The notes under the pieces: model-generated
Databases searched by the model: none
What the model saw: only the letters and a program-made list of their open reading frames with translations
Told to the model about the DNA's origin: nothing
Source of the DNA: the human T2T-CHM13v2.0 reference genome, Homo sapiens
Length of the DNA: 64,000 bases
Reading direction: 5' to 3' (one strand)
Assembly: GCF_009914755.1 (NCBI RefSeq)
Contig: NC_060933.1
Part shown: positions 1 through 16,539 of the stretch, one piece after another
Layout of the letters: every line of letters starts with the position of its first letter
Numbering within the stretch: position 1 is the stretch's first letter
Translations under genes and position numbers: made by a program

Positions 1-58
1 AGAAGAGAACTAGAGTAGCTATCCTAATATTAGACAAAATAGACTATAAGACAAAAAA

Positions 59-123
<65 letters not shown>

Positions 124-1235
124 GAATCATACAAGGTATCTCTTCTCCAACCACAATGAAATGAAATTATGAATCAATAACAGGAGGAAATTAGGAAAAT
201 TCGCTATGAAATTTCAACAACACAGTCCTAAATAACCAATGGGTCAAAGAAGAACTCAAAAGAAAAATTAGAAAATACTTTGAGATGAAGTAAAATAAAA
301 ACACAGCATACCAAACTTAGCTAAAACAGTGCTAAGAGGGAAATTTATAGCTGTCAATGCATGTTTTTAAAAAGAATGACCTCAAATCAAGAACCTAAAC
401 TTCCACCTTAGGAAACTAGAAAAAAAATTAAACTAAACCTCCAAAAAAGCAGAAAGAAAAAAATAATAAAAATTAAGTTGGAAATAAATGTGATAAAGAA
501 TAGAAAAACAACAAAGAAAAATCAACAAAACCAAAAGTTGTTTCTTTAAAGGATCAACAAAATTGACAATTCTTTAGCAGACTGACCAAGAAAAGAAAGG
601 ATTCAATTATTAAAATCAGAAATAAAAAAGAAGAAAATGTTACTGATCTTATAGAAACAAAAAGGAATATAAGGGAATACTATGAACAAATTAAATAACC
701 TACATGAAAAGGATAAATTTTTAGAAAGACACAAACTACTGAAACTAAATTTAAAAATGGAATGTCTGAATAGACCTATAACAAACAAAGGGATCAAATT
801 AGAAATAAAAAACTTTCCACAAAGAAAAGCCTAGGACCAGATGGCTTCACTGGTGAACTCTACCAAATGTTTGAAGAAGAATTTATACAAATCCTTTACA
901 AACTCTTCCAAAAAACAGAAGATGAAATGTTACCATGCATTCTATGAAGCCAGTATTATCTTGATACTGAGACACCGACAAAGAAATCACACAAAAAGAA
1001 AAATACAGAACAATATCCCTTATGAATATACATGTAAAAGTTCTTAACAAAATATTAGCAAACCAAATCCACTAACATTTAAAAAGGAGTATACACTATG
1101 ACCAAATGGAATTTATCTTAGGAATACAAGGTTGGTTCAACATAAGAAAGTCAAACAATGTAACGCACTATATTAATAGAATAAAGGACAAAAGCCACAT
1201 GGTCAATAAATACAGAAAAGCATTTTACAAGAAAG
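1..1235 (+). mobile_element. Old LINE-1 (L1M-type) ORF2 fragment, endonuclease to start of RT, degraded
   Basis: A-rich; resembles L1 ORF2 (gtagctatcctaatattagacaaaatagact; ctaagagggaaatttatagc; aagaaaagcctaggaccagatggcttcactggtgaactctacca; ttctatgaagccagtattatcttgatac). No long ORF. Confidence 0.9.
61..123. repeat. (TG)n(TA)n microsatellite
   Basis: Seen directly in the sequence. Confidence 0.95.
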
Positions 1236-2396
1236 AATGAGATTAACAAAACTCTGATGCAGTGCTTCAATTTTACACTTACTGAAAGCTTTTTAAAAAC
1301 ATCTATTAGATTTATTTTGTCATAGATGTTTATCATATATTACTCTCATGAATATATAAGAGGAAAATATAAGTGAAATCAATGAATTCCTAAAACTTTT
1401 CACATTCAGAGTACAATTCTTCTGAAGAATTGGTCAATATATATGTATATTCATATATTCATATCAAAGTATGGAAGGAGTACTAAAAAATACTGCAGTC
1501 CTTATTTCTGCAATGGGTGACATAGTTATCGTCAGTGTTTTAAATTTCCTTCTTTCAACCACCTAGTTCATAGTCCCTTTGCACTCATCAAGCACTCAAC
1601 TCGTTGTGGTTCCTTGCCTTCTGGATTGACCCTAGCTTTCATTCTGAAGGTCTGTGCCACTAGCAGCCTTGTCTCTATTGGGATGTGGTGGTTCTTCATT
1701 AACCTTTATTCCAGGACATGAGACTACTAAAAGTTACCCACAAAAGACTTCTTGTATTCCACACAAACTCCTCCCTGCCCTTATTATAGAAATCCAAATT
1801 CTGGACTGATTTCTGGATCAATCAACCTAAACAGTACAATAAATCCTTCATTGCCTATTAGTTCATTGGTGTGAAGAGCCCAGTGTGGCCAGCTGGCAAA
1901 CTCAGCTTCCAATTTAATGAAACCACATCTATACCCACGAATGAGAGCATTCCTCCCTTTGGAACCAACACCTCTAAACCAGCAGAGCCCCAAGTGTCAG
2001 GGACATGAAACAAAAATTTTGCTAGTGAACCATTGGAGTAAAAGTGAAAAGGGCCACTCTCATTTCCACCCTTTGATTCCAGGACCTTGAATCCTGTTTA
2101 TGGAACAAATGAGACCACATATTGGTCACAATGATTCAGAGCATATACCATATCTTAGAAGGTTCTGCCTTAGCCCTACAAGATGTTGCCACACACCTGG
2201 TGTCATAATTGAGTCTTCCAAAAGCCATGTCATTATTTTATCAGGCCAGCTGCCACAGAGTAATGGGGAACCTGATAAGCCCAGTGAATTCCATGAGCCA
2301 GGAGCCTTCTGCCACACTTACTCATTTTCTGTAAAGTGAGTTTTCTCTGGTTAGAAGTGATGTTGTGCAGAATGCGATGACTGTGGATAAGGCTGT

Positions 2397-2834
2397 TGCC
2401 ATAGTTTGAATATGCTTTGTTTGTCCCCACAAAATCTCATGTTGATATTTGATCCCCAAAGTTGGAGATTGGGCCTAAATAGGAGATGTTCAGGTCATGG
2501 GGGTAGATCCCCCATGAATAGATTAATGCCCTCCTCAGGGGTTAGGAGCGAGTGAGTTCTCACTCTATTTGGTCCCATGAGAGCTGATCATTAAAAAGAG
2601 CCTGGAACTTCTCCTGCCCTCTTGCTTCCTCTCTCGCCATGCTCTCTGCACATATGGCTCCCTTTCACCTTCTGCCATGAGTAGAAGCAACCTGAAGCCC
2701 TCACCACAACAAGATGCTGGCACCATGCTTCCTGTACAGGCTGCAAAACCATGAGCCAAATAAACCTCTTTTCTTTGTAAATTACCCAGTCTCCGGGAGT
2801 ATCCCTTTATAACAACACAAAACGGACTAAGACA
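2397..2834 (+). mobile_element. MST-family (MSTB-like) MaLR solo LTR inserted in the ERV-L integrase region
   Basis: TG...CA ends (tgccatagtttgaatat ... ggactaagaca); aataaacctcttttctttgtaaattacccagtctc; 5-bp TSD gctgt/ggtgt with one mismatch. Confidence 0.9.
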
Positions 2835-4451
2835 GGTGTGGATGGTGATTTTGAAAGAAGCATTGTGAGCAGAGAAAGCAAATCCACATCCAGAGTATCT
2901 ATTCCAGTGGCAACAAAGTGCTGCCCCCTTTATGCTGTAAGTAGCCTGTATAACCAAACTGCCACCACATGGGGGGAATGGGCCCCCCACTGGAGCCTCT
3001 GAGGAATGGGGCCATCTTGGGGGCTCAGTGTTGGTCTCTGCTGCTGGCAGGTCAGGCACACAGCAGTGACTGTGGCCAGATCAGCTTTGTTAAGTGTAAG
3101 TCCATGTTGCTAAGCCTATGAATAACCTCCATCCCTGCCTACATAGCCACTTAGTTCATCATCCCATACAGGAGTAACTGGGGAGAGAGGTTGACTGGAA
3201 TCCAGAGAATGGGGCATCCTGTCCACCTGAGTATTATGATTCTTCTCTGCTAAAGTTGCTCTTTGACGAGCATTTGCATGGACACAAATATCTTCACACC
3301 ATGTGACAATTTAGGTTCATTCACATATCTCTTCCCCAGATCTCTTTGTCACCAACTATGCAATCTTGTTCTTTCCAAGTCCCTGACCATCCAACCAAAC
3401 CATTAGCCATCTCCTGCAATTAATTTTTATTAATCACCTCAGATCTATACCTCTTGCCAGCTCTCCTTCCAGGAGAAATGAACAATAAGGTGCACTGCTC
3501 AACTCTCCACTGGGAGGACTTCCCATTCCCACTGCTCTTCGGAACCACCCCAGAGTGTGGTTTAGTACTACAGTGGTCCACCTATAGATTGTTCCAGCCT
3601 GTCTTGCAGAACCATTTATTTTCCAGTCCAAATGTTTTCTTTCTCAGTTAACTGGTCACTGGGAAACTTCTCATGACTGCACAGGTACAGACTGAAAAGG
3701 AGGAGGCAAAGTAGGAGAACCAGGAGTCACTTGTGCCTTTCAGATCCACTCAAGCCCAACCTAGTACAAAACACCTCTGCTTGCTGAGGGATTGATGGGA
3801 TATGATGGTGTGGATACGGCAGAGTTGTCTGTGGGCCCACCAGGCACACAGTGAAGTTGACACAAGCCAAAACTCCATTAGTCACCCAATTGCCATAATC
3901 CCCTTCTTTCATTGGTGAACCACGATGTCATTTTGGGTCCCCAAGCATGCAGTGATCTCCAAAATTCTGGTTCTTTCCCCCTCCCCAGTGTATAGTCATC
4001 CTGGGAAATGGCTGCTGGTAGCTTAGGAAGGTCTAGGAGGAAGAGTCATGATGTATTGAAAAAGTTGCAGTGCACACTTTTGGCAGTAGCATTCCTTGTG
4101 TTGATTCAAGTCAGACTTCCATTCACTGGACCTAGAGCTTTTTTGCTTATCCGAATCAAGCAAGACTTTAATAATCAACTACCAATGCTAAAGCATTCTT
4201 CAGATCAGACCATTCTGGATACTGCTTTGGCTTCGCTGTCCATTATGGGAATCATGCCCACCTTGTCTCTGTTAAGTGCTACCACTTGGTCCCTGCTACC
4301 CCAGGATCCCATCATCCCTATTGAATCCAGAGAGCTCAGTTTCATGGCTCATGGCATCATTTCCCACTGTAATTCCTCTCTTGAAGAGAACTGATACTAT
4401 GGGACTCTTCGGAGTTGCTGAGACTCCCTTCATCAATACCAATGCATTGCT

Positions 4452-4739
4452 TTTTCTTTTCTTTTCTTTTCTTCTTTTTCTGAGACAAGATCTCATTTTG
4501 TCACTTGATCATCAAGCTCATTGCAGCCTTGAATTCCTGGGCTCAAGTGATCTTCCTGCCTCAGCCTCCTGAGTAGCTGGGACTACAGGCATGTGCCACC
4601 ATGGCCAGTTCAGTTTTTTTGTAGAGATGGGGTTTCACTATGTTACCCAGGCTGGTCTCAAACTCCTGGCTTTAAGCAGTTCTCCTGCCTCAGCCTCCCA
4701 AAGTGCTGGGATTACAGGAGTGAGCCACTGCACCCGGCC
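4452..4739 (-). mobile_element. AluJ-like SINE
   Basis: Alu consensus, antisense, T-rich tail at left. Confidence 0.9.
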
Positions 4740-5786
4740 TTATTTCTAAAACCCTTGGTGAGCATATTATTTCCTAAAACTAATTATTGGTGAGCTAATT
4801 ATCTCCTAAAGCCTTGATAAGCATAAACTTAGGGCCCTCCTGGGAGACATGGAGAGGGGGTGGGTGAGTAGGACATAAACAATGAATCTCTTCCAGCTTT
4901 CTGTCCCTAAGTTTTGGATATCTCCGTCTATAGTATATCAAGAAAGTCATGAAATTTCATCCTTATTCAGTATGGTCCATATATGGATCCAGGTTTCAAT
5001 CAACCAACGGAGCAACTGTTAGAGTCCCTCTCAGCCACTCAAACTACTGCAATAAATCTAGAGTCTTCACTTACCTATTAATATCAATAAATTCAGCCAG
5101 ATTCTACATTATATTGCTCCCACCAAAATCTGACAGTTAGGGTCCATTCCCATGTTGATACAAGTTGGAGACACCTTATAATTCTTTTCTGTATGTACAA
5201 TGCCTCCTCATGAGTCACACTTTGTGCTTGATCCCATGAAGCTTACTGGGTTTGAGTCTGGTTATAGTTCTAGAAGCAATGGGTGTGTATGCGGGGTGGG
5301 GGTGGTGTAGGTCCTGAGGAAGATGGCCATTCCCCTGTAGGAATATCACCTCAGGAGAGGCCATTAGAGATTTTCCAGGCAAGTGGTGAGTAAACTCCCC
5401 AGAGGGAGAGGAAGGGATGCTTCCACTGACAAAAAGCTTGGTGGGATTGGGAGTTCAAGGTTCTTATCTTCATCGGAATCTTCCCAGATACCCCCACTCC
5501 AAATTTTAGGGTCCCACTCCTTCTCAATCAATGACCTCTAACTTTAACATGAGACCTTCCAAGGTTGTAAATTCAATCAGCATCATAATTTAGCTACCCA
5601 AGGGATTAGATTTAGAGTTTGGTTTTTAGAAATCAACCTGCAGCTCCAGGAGGTGAAGTTTTTTCTTTTCAGAGCATATGGAAGTGCTTCTTGATTGTTT
5701 ACCCATTTCTTCATCTGAGAATTTAAAGTCCTGCACTCATCATCATCCTCTCCAAATTTTCCAGTGCACTTAGAAGCAACCAACCT

Positions 5787-6255
<469 letters not shown>

Positions 6256-6510
6256 TTATTTCCACCAAAATGTTCTATGGCAGTAGTTACTTGGTCAAGA
6301 AAAGTCATGCCTTCTGTAGGCCTTGATGCCAAGAGTCTAAAGATGATAATTTAATAGCTCTTCTCCAGCACGTGCCATCAACCACCGGCATCCCCTTTAC
6401 TCCTAAAAGCAGTATCCTTAATGCCTCTATATCTACTCGGATGGGAGAACCAAACCACATTCCCATCCTTAACATTCTCTTCCCTGGAAAGCATCATTAG
6501 TATCAATAAC

Positions 6511-7077
6511 TGCATCAGTCAGGGTTTGGTTAGGGAAGCAAAGCCACTGTGAGTGTTACAGGATACAGATTTATTACAGAGATTAGGCCTGAACAATGTG
6601 GGTAGAGCTAGGGAAGTGAAGGTCATGGGGGGAATTGGAGGATCACAGGCAAAGTCACTAAGTCATCCTCCTCCTGATGCATCGGAGGCTCGGTTGGAAT
6701 CGAAACCAAACAAATCGAGCCACTAAAAATGGGATTGCAAAGGGGTCATTGTAGGGAGGTCCATGGGATGCTGTTGCCTCTTGGTAGCTCTTCCTCTGTG
6801 ACTCCACAGTTAAGCATCTTGTAGGGGACATGGAGCTGCTCCTGGTGAACAAGAAGAGCCGGTTGTGGAACTGAGAACAAGGAAGACAGGTTGGGACCCA
6901 CCCTGCACCTCAGCATCTGTCTGTTACCATACTCGACCACAGTGACAATCAGGGAACCATGGCAACTCCTGCACTTCTTCCAGCCACCTCCTGTCTTGGT
7001 CAAGTGTCCCCTGGAAGGAGATTCTGGGAGCGGTAGTTCATAGCTTAACCAAGCTGGCACTAGAACATTGCAGTACA
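6511..7077 (-). mobile_element. ERV-L LTR (LTR40/41-like), 5' LTR of the adjacent provirus
   Basis: Minus strand starts TG and ends ...aaccctgactgatgCA; AATAAA at 6570-6575 (minus); abuts the gag leader; contains cttggttaagctatgaactac...cccagaat, typical of this LTR group. Confidence 0.75.
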
Positions 7078-7079
7078 GG

Positions 7080-7310
7080 GAATATAATGGCTTTAGAGCT
7101 CATAAACTTGCAAGTTATTATTTCAGATGCCGATTGAGACTAGATTGCTCTGTCAAAGCATTCTCCAAATGGCATGGAGAGAGAATCTGATGGTCTCAGC
7201 TTGGGTCCTGTGTCCACTACTTGTTTAATCAGCTATGCCCAAGGGACATATGTCACATTATGGCCTGTGGCCCTCCCCTGAGAATCAAGGAAAGGGAGTT
7301 GGTTTACAGC
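7080..7310 (-). mobile_element. MLT1-type LTR fragment
   Basis: gagagagaatctgatggtctcagcttgggtcctgtgtccact resembles old MLT1 (J/K/L). Confidence 0.5.
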
Positions 7311-7350
7311 CCTCAACTGGTATTGTGTAAAATCGAGGACTTTGCTAGAA

Positions 7351-7668
<318 letters not shown>

Positions 7669-8446
7669 TGAGAACTCTGCAGAGCTGCTTACTAATGTGA
7701 GGTACCCTGATCACAAGAGAAAGTAGAGGCTGTGTGCATAGAAGGAGCTCACGCTCCACTCTGGGTGCCAGGATGGCAGGAACCAAAGGGAAAATGGAAA
7801 TCTTCAAAAGATTTTCCCCATGGGCCAGGCACTGCATTAGGCTTCAGAACCAACACAATATCAGCTTTTGTGGAACTTACAAATTAGAAGGTTTTAAGTA
7901 GCTGGAGCCTGGCGCACAAAAGAAGGGATCAGAAAAGACATTGAGCTTGTTGGTGCTAGGAGACGAGTAGCTTTTCCCGTCAACAGGCCCAACAGTCCCC
8001 TGTGGCATGCTCATCATTGGGACCACCACTGCCCCTTGCACTGTCACCTGAGAAGATTACGTGTACAAGCAAAAAAGATTTCCTAAACATCTGTTGCCAT
8101 GCTAGGAGACTATTCTGTCTTCTTTTAGGTGATGGTCAGTTAGGTGGGGCCACAGCGGGAGACATAAGAGAGGCTCAAGGAAAGAAAGTTTCTTATTCTC
8201 ACAGCTCCTGGAGAGACAGAATCACTGCAGGAGGACTCGTGGTTGAGTGCCCTTATCAAGGGTCAGGGTGAAGTGCACAAGAAAAGGTGCAAGGGAATTT
8301 CATTGGTGGATTTGAATGTTACCAGGTCACAGTCAGGGGAGGACAGGAGCCTACCCTATCACACAGGTCACCTGGCAGGGTGCTTTCTGCAGCCTGTTTG
8401 TGGAGGCGACAGGAAAAAATATAAAGTTTCTAAAATATGCAATACA

Positions 8447-8739
8447 GGCCAGGCACAGTGGGTCATGCCTGTAATCCCAACACTTAGGGAGGCCAAGGCG
8501 GGCGGATCACCTGAGATCGGGAGTTCGAGACCAGCCCGGCCAATATGGTGAAACCCCGTCTCCACTAAAAACACAAAAATTAGCCAGGCATGGTAGCCGG
8601 TGCCTGTAATCTCAGCTACTCAGGAGGCTGAGGCGGAGAATCGCTTGAACCCCAGAAGCGGAGGTGGCAGTGAGCCAAGATTGCGCCACTGCACTCCAGC
8701 CTGGGTGACAGAGTGAGATTCCATCTCCAAAAAAAAAAT
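8447..8739 (+). mobile_element. AluS-like SINE
   Basis: Full dimer with poly-A; TSD-like aatacag. Confidence 0.93.
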
Positions 8740-8949
8740 TAATACAGAGATGGAGCAAGGGCCTGGGAGAACGTGCAAGAGAGGAGGATGCTGGAAAGAA
8801 CTGAATCAACACGGTGGTTTGAGATCAGTGAAATATGCTCAAGGTCTTCTTTTTTCCCTCTCTCCCTCCCTTCCTTCCACTTGCCTTTCTTTCCTTCCTT
8901 CCTTCCTTCCTCCCTCGCCGTTCCCCTCTCCAGGAGAGATAAGGAGGCT

Positions 8950-9320
8950 GGGGCAGTCTGTGGCTCAGTGGTTAGCCATTATATATTACTGGTCACATAT
9001 TTTACACTCGGCAGCATGAAAAAAGGGCATAAAACTGCAATTAAATGTCTGAACTGTTGCTATTTTGGAAATTAAAACAGCCTACATTATCCTCGGTGCA
9101 ACTCCGATTACTGACTCAGGGCTGAGGAGCAGTTATTCCCACCACTTTAACCGACTTCTTTCCCATAAAAACCCGTTGTTAATGGGTCCCCGGGGACCTC
9201 TGAAAATAACAAGATCTGTAATAAAGAAATTAATAACATGCAGAGCAGGCCACAGCTAAAAAGCTTTTTAGAATACATTAATGGTTCTGTTCTGAATGAG
9301 GAATACTTGTACCCAAATTC
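8950..9320. promoter_or_regulatory. Candidate enhancer (repeat-free motif island)
   Basis: GGCATAAAA 9026-9034, AP-1 TGACTCA 9112-9118, CCCATAAAA 9162-9170, palindromic EBF-type TCCCCGGGGA 9187-9196, several TAAT cores. Function is inferred. Confidence 0.5.
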
Positions 9321-9520
9321 CTCCCTCCTGTGTTTGATTTCTGGTTGATGCCAGGGGATGGGGGAAGGGGACTTTTTGGCTGCAGTGGCAGTGGGAGGGT
9401 GGTCCCCAGTGGTGGGGGGAGTCAGCCACTCCCCAGTGTCAGCCTCCCTGCAGACAAGGGAGCTGGCAGTCCGGAACGCTGCCCAGCCTCTGCCTCCTCT
9501 TCCCTCTGCCTCTCCTTAGT

Positions 9521-9784
9521 CCTCATGATTTCTCTCTCAGTCTCCTCTTCCTCTGTCTCTGTCACTTTCTGTTGCCATCTGTTTCCTCTTTCTCATTATG
9601 ACTTTCTCCTTCTTCCTGTCCTTCTTTCTTCGCCACCCCCACCCACCAGCCACACTCACTCTGTCTCCTCTTTCTCTCCCTCTTTCTTCCTATCTCAGTC
9701 TTTCTTTATGTCTCAACTCTCTCTCCATTGATGTCTCTGCATTTATGTCTCTCCCTTCGTCCGTCTCTGTCTCACTGTATTCTG
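9521..9784 (+). repeat. Pyrimidine-rich unique segment, donor copy of a local duplication
   Basis: Closely similar to 11394-11644; both run cctcatgatttct...ctcactgtattctg. Confidence 0.9.
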
Positions 9785-9809
9785 TTTTCTCTCTCTTCAT
9801 TTTACATTC

Positions 9810-10141
9810 TTTTTTTTTTTTTTTTTGAGATGGGGTCTCAAAAAAATGGTGACAGACAAGACTCTGTCACCCAGGCTGGAGTGTAGTGGCACGATCTCAG
9901 CTCACTGCAACTTCTGCCTCCCAGGTTCAGCGATCCTCCCACCTCAGCCTCCTAAGTAGCTGGGACAACAGGCGAACCACCATGCTTGGCTGATTTTATT
10001 TTATTTTATTTTTGTATTTTTGGTGGAGACAGAGATTCACTGTGTTGTCCAGGCTGGTCTCGAACTCCTGGGCTCAAGTGATCTGCCTGCCTCAGCCTCC
10101 CAAAGTGTTGGGATTAGAGGTATGAGCCACAGCACCTAGCC
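9810..10141 (-). mobile_element. AluJ-like SINE with small inverted insertion
   Basis: Alu consensus; TSD cttcatttYacattct. Confidence 0.92.
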
Positions 10142-10479
10142 TTCATTTCACATTCTATCCTTCCCTCAGTTTCTCTGTCTCCACTTCAATGCTTCTCTTT
10201 CTGTATTTCCGTCTCTCTCTGCCACTATCTTCCTAATACATACATATATATGTACACACACGTGTGTGTGTATGTTTATATATCTGTACATATCACATAT
10301 ATTGTATGTGATCTTTCTCCTCACCCTTTCTCAATCACCCTCCTCCCACATCTTGGTTTCCCTCCTGCCCATCTGTCTGGCCTTATCTCCCCTAGCTTTT
10401 CTGCCTCTTCAAGTTTGAAAGTCATACATTCTATATCTGTTATTTTATTGGTTATCTTTCAACTTTTTTGCCCTTATAT

Positions 10480-10790
10480 TTTTTATTTTTAATTATTTCT
10501 TTATTTTTGAGACAGACTCTTGCTCTGTCACCCAGGCTGGAGTGCAGTAGTGCGATCTCGGCTCACTGCAGCCTTTGCCTCCTGGGTTCAAGCAATTCTC
10601 CTGCCTCAGCCTCCTGAGTAGCTGGGACTATAGGCGCGCACCACCACGCCCGGCTAATTTTTGTATTTTTTTAGCAGAGACAGGGTTTCGCCATGTTGGT
10701 CAGGATGATCTTGATCTCCTGACCTCATGATCCGCCCACCTCGGCCTCCCAAAGTGCTGGGATTACAAGCATGAGCCACTATGCCCAGCC
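10480..10790 (-). mobile_element. AluS-like SINE
   Basis: Alu consensus, antisense. Confidence 0.93.
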
Positions 10791-10919
10791 TGCCCTTATA
10801 TTTTTGATGCCCATTATTAAACATGCGTTTTTCAAACAATGTCTAAAGTTAATCAGAGTCTATGTAATTCACCCCCAAAAAATCCAAGAAATTGGATATT
10901 TTTCTGATTCTCTCTTCTA

Positions 10920-10968
10920 CACACATGCACACACACATGCGTACACACACACACACACACACATACAC
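10920..10968. repeat. (CA)n microsatellite, interrupted
   Basis: Seen directly in the sequence. Confidence 0.9.
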
Positions 10969-11138
10969 AGACTTTCAGGTTTGAATTGTGGTTTCAGCTT
11001 GTTACTTAAATAATTCTTGACTATCACTAGTCAATAAAAATTACTGGCATGTGTTATCATTCCATTGCCTTGCCATTGTTTCATATAGTCCACTATTTCC
11101 TTCTGGCTTTATTTTTCTTCTCTCTCACTCTCTCTCTT

Positions 11139-11733
<595 letters not shown>

Positions 11734-11799
11734 ATTTTTCTTCTTTCTGGAATTCATTTTTTATTAGCCATAAGTGGATCACTCATGGCCATTTAGCGT

Positions 11800-12618
<819 letters not shown>

Positions 12619-12621
12619 TAG

Positions 12622-13215
<594 letters not shown>

Positions 13216-13902
13216 AAAGTCTTTTTCTGATTGCTCACTCATCTGTTTCCTTGGATGTGTCCCCCACCTGTTGAGCTCACTGTTGCTCTTCACTCTCGGT
13301 AGCGCTGGCACCCTGGGTGGGTGCTGGCCGATTCTCAGCTGACACTCACTTTGGAGAAGAGCCCCCAATATATGCTGTGGTGGCACAGCCTCCTTCTTCC
13401 TGCTGTGACTTTAGCTGCTTCCTTCTTTTAGGGATTCTTTTTCTATTATTTTTATTATTTCTATTATTTTTCTATTTCTATTGCTCAGAACATTCTCTTT
13501 TTTGTTTTTGAGTACACTTTTTTTTTCATCAACTTACTTTATAAATCTTGTCCTACCATTTCTAGGGTTTAATGAAATATGGCAGGATTTTTGTGCTCAC
13601 TTAGTCTCTGCCAGGAAAGCAGATTGCCTGGCCCCTGGGAATTGAGTGTTTAGCCAAAGTGTCACCCCAAGGCTCGTGCAGACCAGGAGTCTTTGGTGCA
13701 GTTCCATCCTCACCTTTACTAATCAGTACCCAGAGCCCAGGAAGGAGCAGCCACAGCTTGGGTAAGGTCATCATGAACCCCAAGAGACACCCCAGGACAG
13801 CAGAGCATCCCCAGGGCAGCGAAGCTTCTTCCATCTCCTCTTCTTAATCTTCTTGTTTCTGTTGTTCTTTTTCCTTTCCCTCCAGCCCCAGCACCTCTTC
13901 CC

Positions 13903-14720
<818 letters not shown>

Positions 14721-14734
14721 CCAAGCCCTAACTA

Positions 14735-15042
14735 TTCATTCTTTCGGGTCTACCTCAGCTTCGCAGCCAAGGTCATTCTCCTCTTAGGGTGGTCTCAACC
14801 AATGACTGTGCAAGACTGTGGTGGATGGACCCAATACAGGACTCCTCCAACTGGTGATCACTGTTTTCTGGAGCTCTGCACTGGGCGGGCACAGCCTACG
14901 TCAGTTTGCATCACCATCTCATGGCTCACACGCCCATTCCCACTTCCTCCTCCTTTCTCCTTTCACAGGTGTACTTCTCAACAAACTGTTTGCATTCCTA
15001 ACTCTTTCTCAGTTCCTGCTTCCCTGAGAACCCAATCTACAC
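14735..15042 (+). mobile_element. LTR16A/B-like ERV-L solo LTR
   Basis: 3' end ttcacaggtgtacttctcaacaaactg...ctgcttccctgagaacccaatctacaca. Confidence 0.7.
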
Positions 15043-15195
15043 ACAGCCCACCCCTTGGCCATCCTCTGAGCTTATGGGATCAGGTTGACATTGCACAAAA
15101 TAGCTGCTCTCATGGAGATACATGCTTGGAAAGGGGGCATTACCCTGAAAAAGAAGTGCCCAGAACACGCCTTCTCCTGCCCCTCCAGGTCTAGA

Positions 15196-15506
15196 TTTTT
15201 ATTTATTTTTATTTTTATTTTGAGACAGAGTCTCGCTCTGTCGCCCAGGCTGGAGTGCAGTGGTGCGATCTCAGTTCACTGCAACCTCCACCTCCCAAGT
15301 TCAAGCAATTCTCTGCCTCAGCCTCCCGAGTAGCTGGGATTACAAGCACTCGCCACCACGCCCAGCTAATTTTTTTTTTTGTATTTTTGGTAGAGACAGG
15401 CTTTCACCATCTTGGCCAGGCTGGTCTTGAACTCCTGACCTCCTGATCCACCTGCCTCGGCCTCCCGAAGTGCTGGGATTACAGGCGTGAGCCACCATGC
15501 CCAGCC
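15196..15506 (-). mobile_element. AluS-like SINE
   Basis: Alu consensus. Confidence 0.93.
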
Positions 15507-15509
15507 TGT

Positions 15510-15790
15510 TTTGGGTATTTTACCACAATTTCTCCATGTACTCACCAACACCTGCTATTTTCTGGGGTTGTTAGATAACAGCCATCCTAATGAGTGTGAG
15601 GTGGTAGGTATGAATTTTTTAATTGATACAGAATAGTTGTACATATTTGTGGAGTATATGTGATGTGTCGATACATGCATACAATGTGTATTGTATGCAT
15701 GATATCCATCACCTTGAACATTTATCTTTTTTTGTGTTAGAAATATGGAACAAACCTAAGTGTCCATCAACAGGTCAATGGATTTTTATT
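15510..15790. mobile_element. Short L1 3'-end fragments in mixed orientation
   Basis: gataacagccatcctaatgagtgtgaggtggta (antisense); tagttgtacatatttgtggagta (antisense); cctaagtgtccatcaacagg (sense). Confidence 0.65.
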
Positions 15791-15844
15791 GGGATGGGCG
15801 CCCAGCCATCCCCACTGACAGGGCAAGCCTTGGTGTTATGCCGG

Positions 15845-16175
15845 CTGTGATGAGCTGCCAAGATTACCCTCAGGACCAAGGCACTCACTCAGCTTCCAGA
15901 AGTGTCACCTGCTGACAACTTACAACTAAACTCCTCCCTCCCTGGGAGTTGCCCTTGGCTGGAAGGACCTGCCTCCTCCAAGTTTACATTCCTTTCCTCA
16001 GGATGGCACATGCTCAGTGACTGGTCGGTGCAGAGGAGGCCCAGCTTCAACTCAGAGTATCTCTGAAGAGCGTCCCACCTTCAAAGCTCCTGGCACAATC
16101 AGCTGAGGTCTCTGCTGTTCCTACATGGCAGTTCACCTTCACCCTCTGCCCAATCCTGCTTCCCTTGCTCTGGCT
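15845..16175 (+). mobile_element. LTR16C-like ERV-L LTR
   Basis: cctcaggaccaaggcactcactc...gggagttgcccttggctggaagg...ctctgcccaatcctgcttccc. Confidence 0.7.
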
Positions 16176-16539
16176 CTTGGGAGCAGGAAGGACAAGATAA
16201 AGTCATGTGACAGTCTCCCCAAGGGATTCTAGGACAAATCTAAGTTTGAGGACCACCGTACTTAACACTGGAGCAGTTCTAGCTAGACTCATTGGAGCCC
16301 CTGACAACAGGGAGGTTAGCCGCAGCAGCATTTGAGGCCCCAACCTGACACCTCTGGGCTTTGAACTTCGTCTGGGGAACATATACTCCTCCCATTCCCT
16401 GGGAGGCACCGACTGACTCTTGTCTATGCTTTGGTTCCCTGAGGACCTCCACCTGCACCTTGATCACCAGGAGCTTCAAGGGACAAACATTCCTCACCCA
16501 GACGCTGACCTGCAATCTCGGACCCCACGGGTTGGTCCT

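Noticed and set aside
1784-4496. Domesticated or functional ERV-L gene (gag, integrase, dUTPase)
   Set aside because: Homology is split across frames into short pieces with stops and frameshifts; catalytic motifs are decayed.
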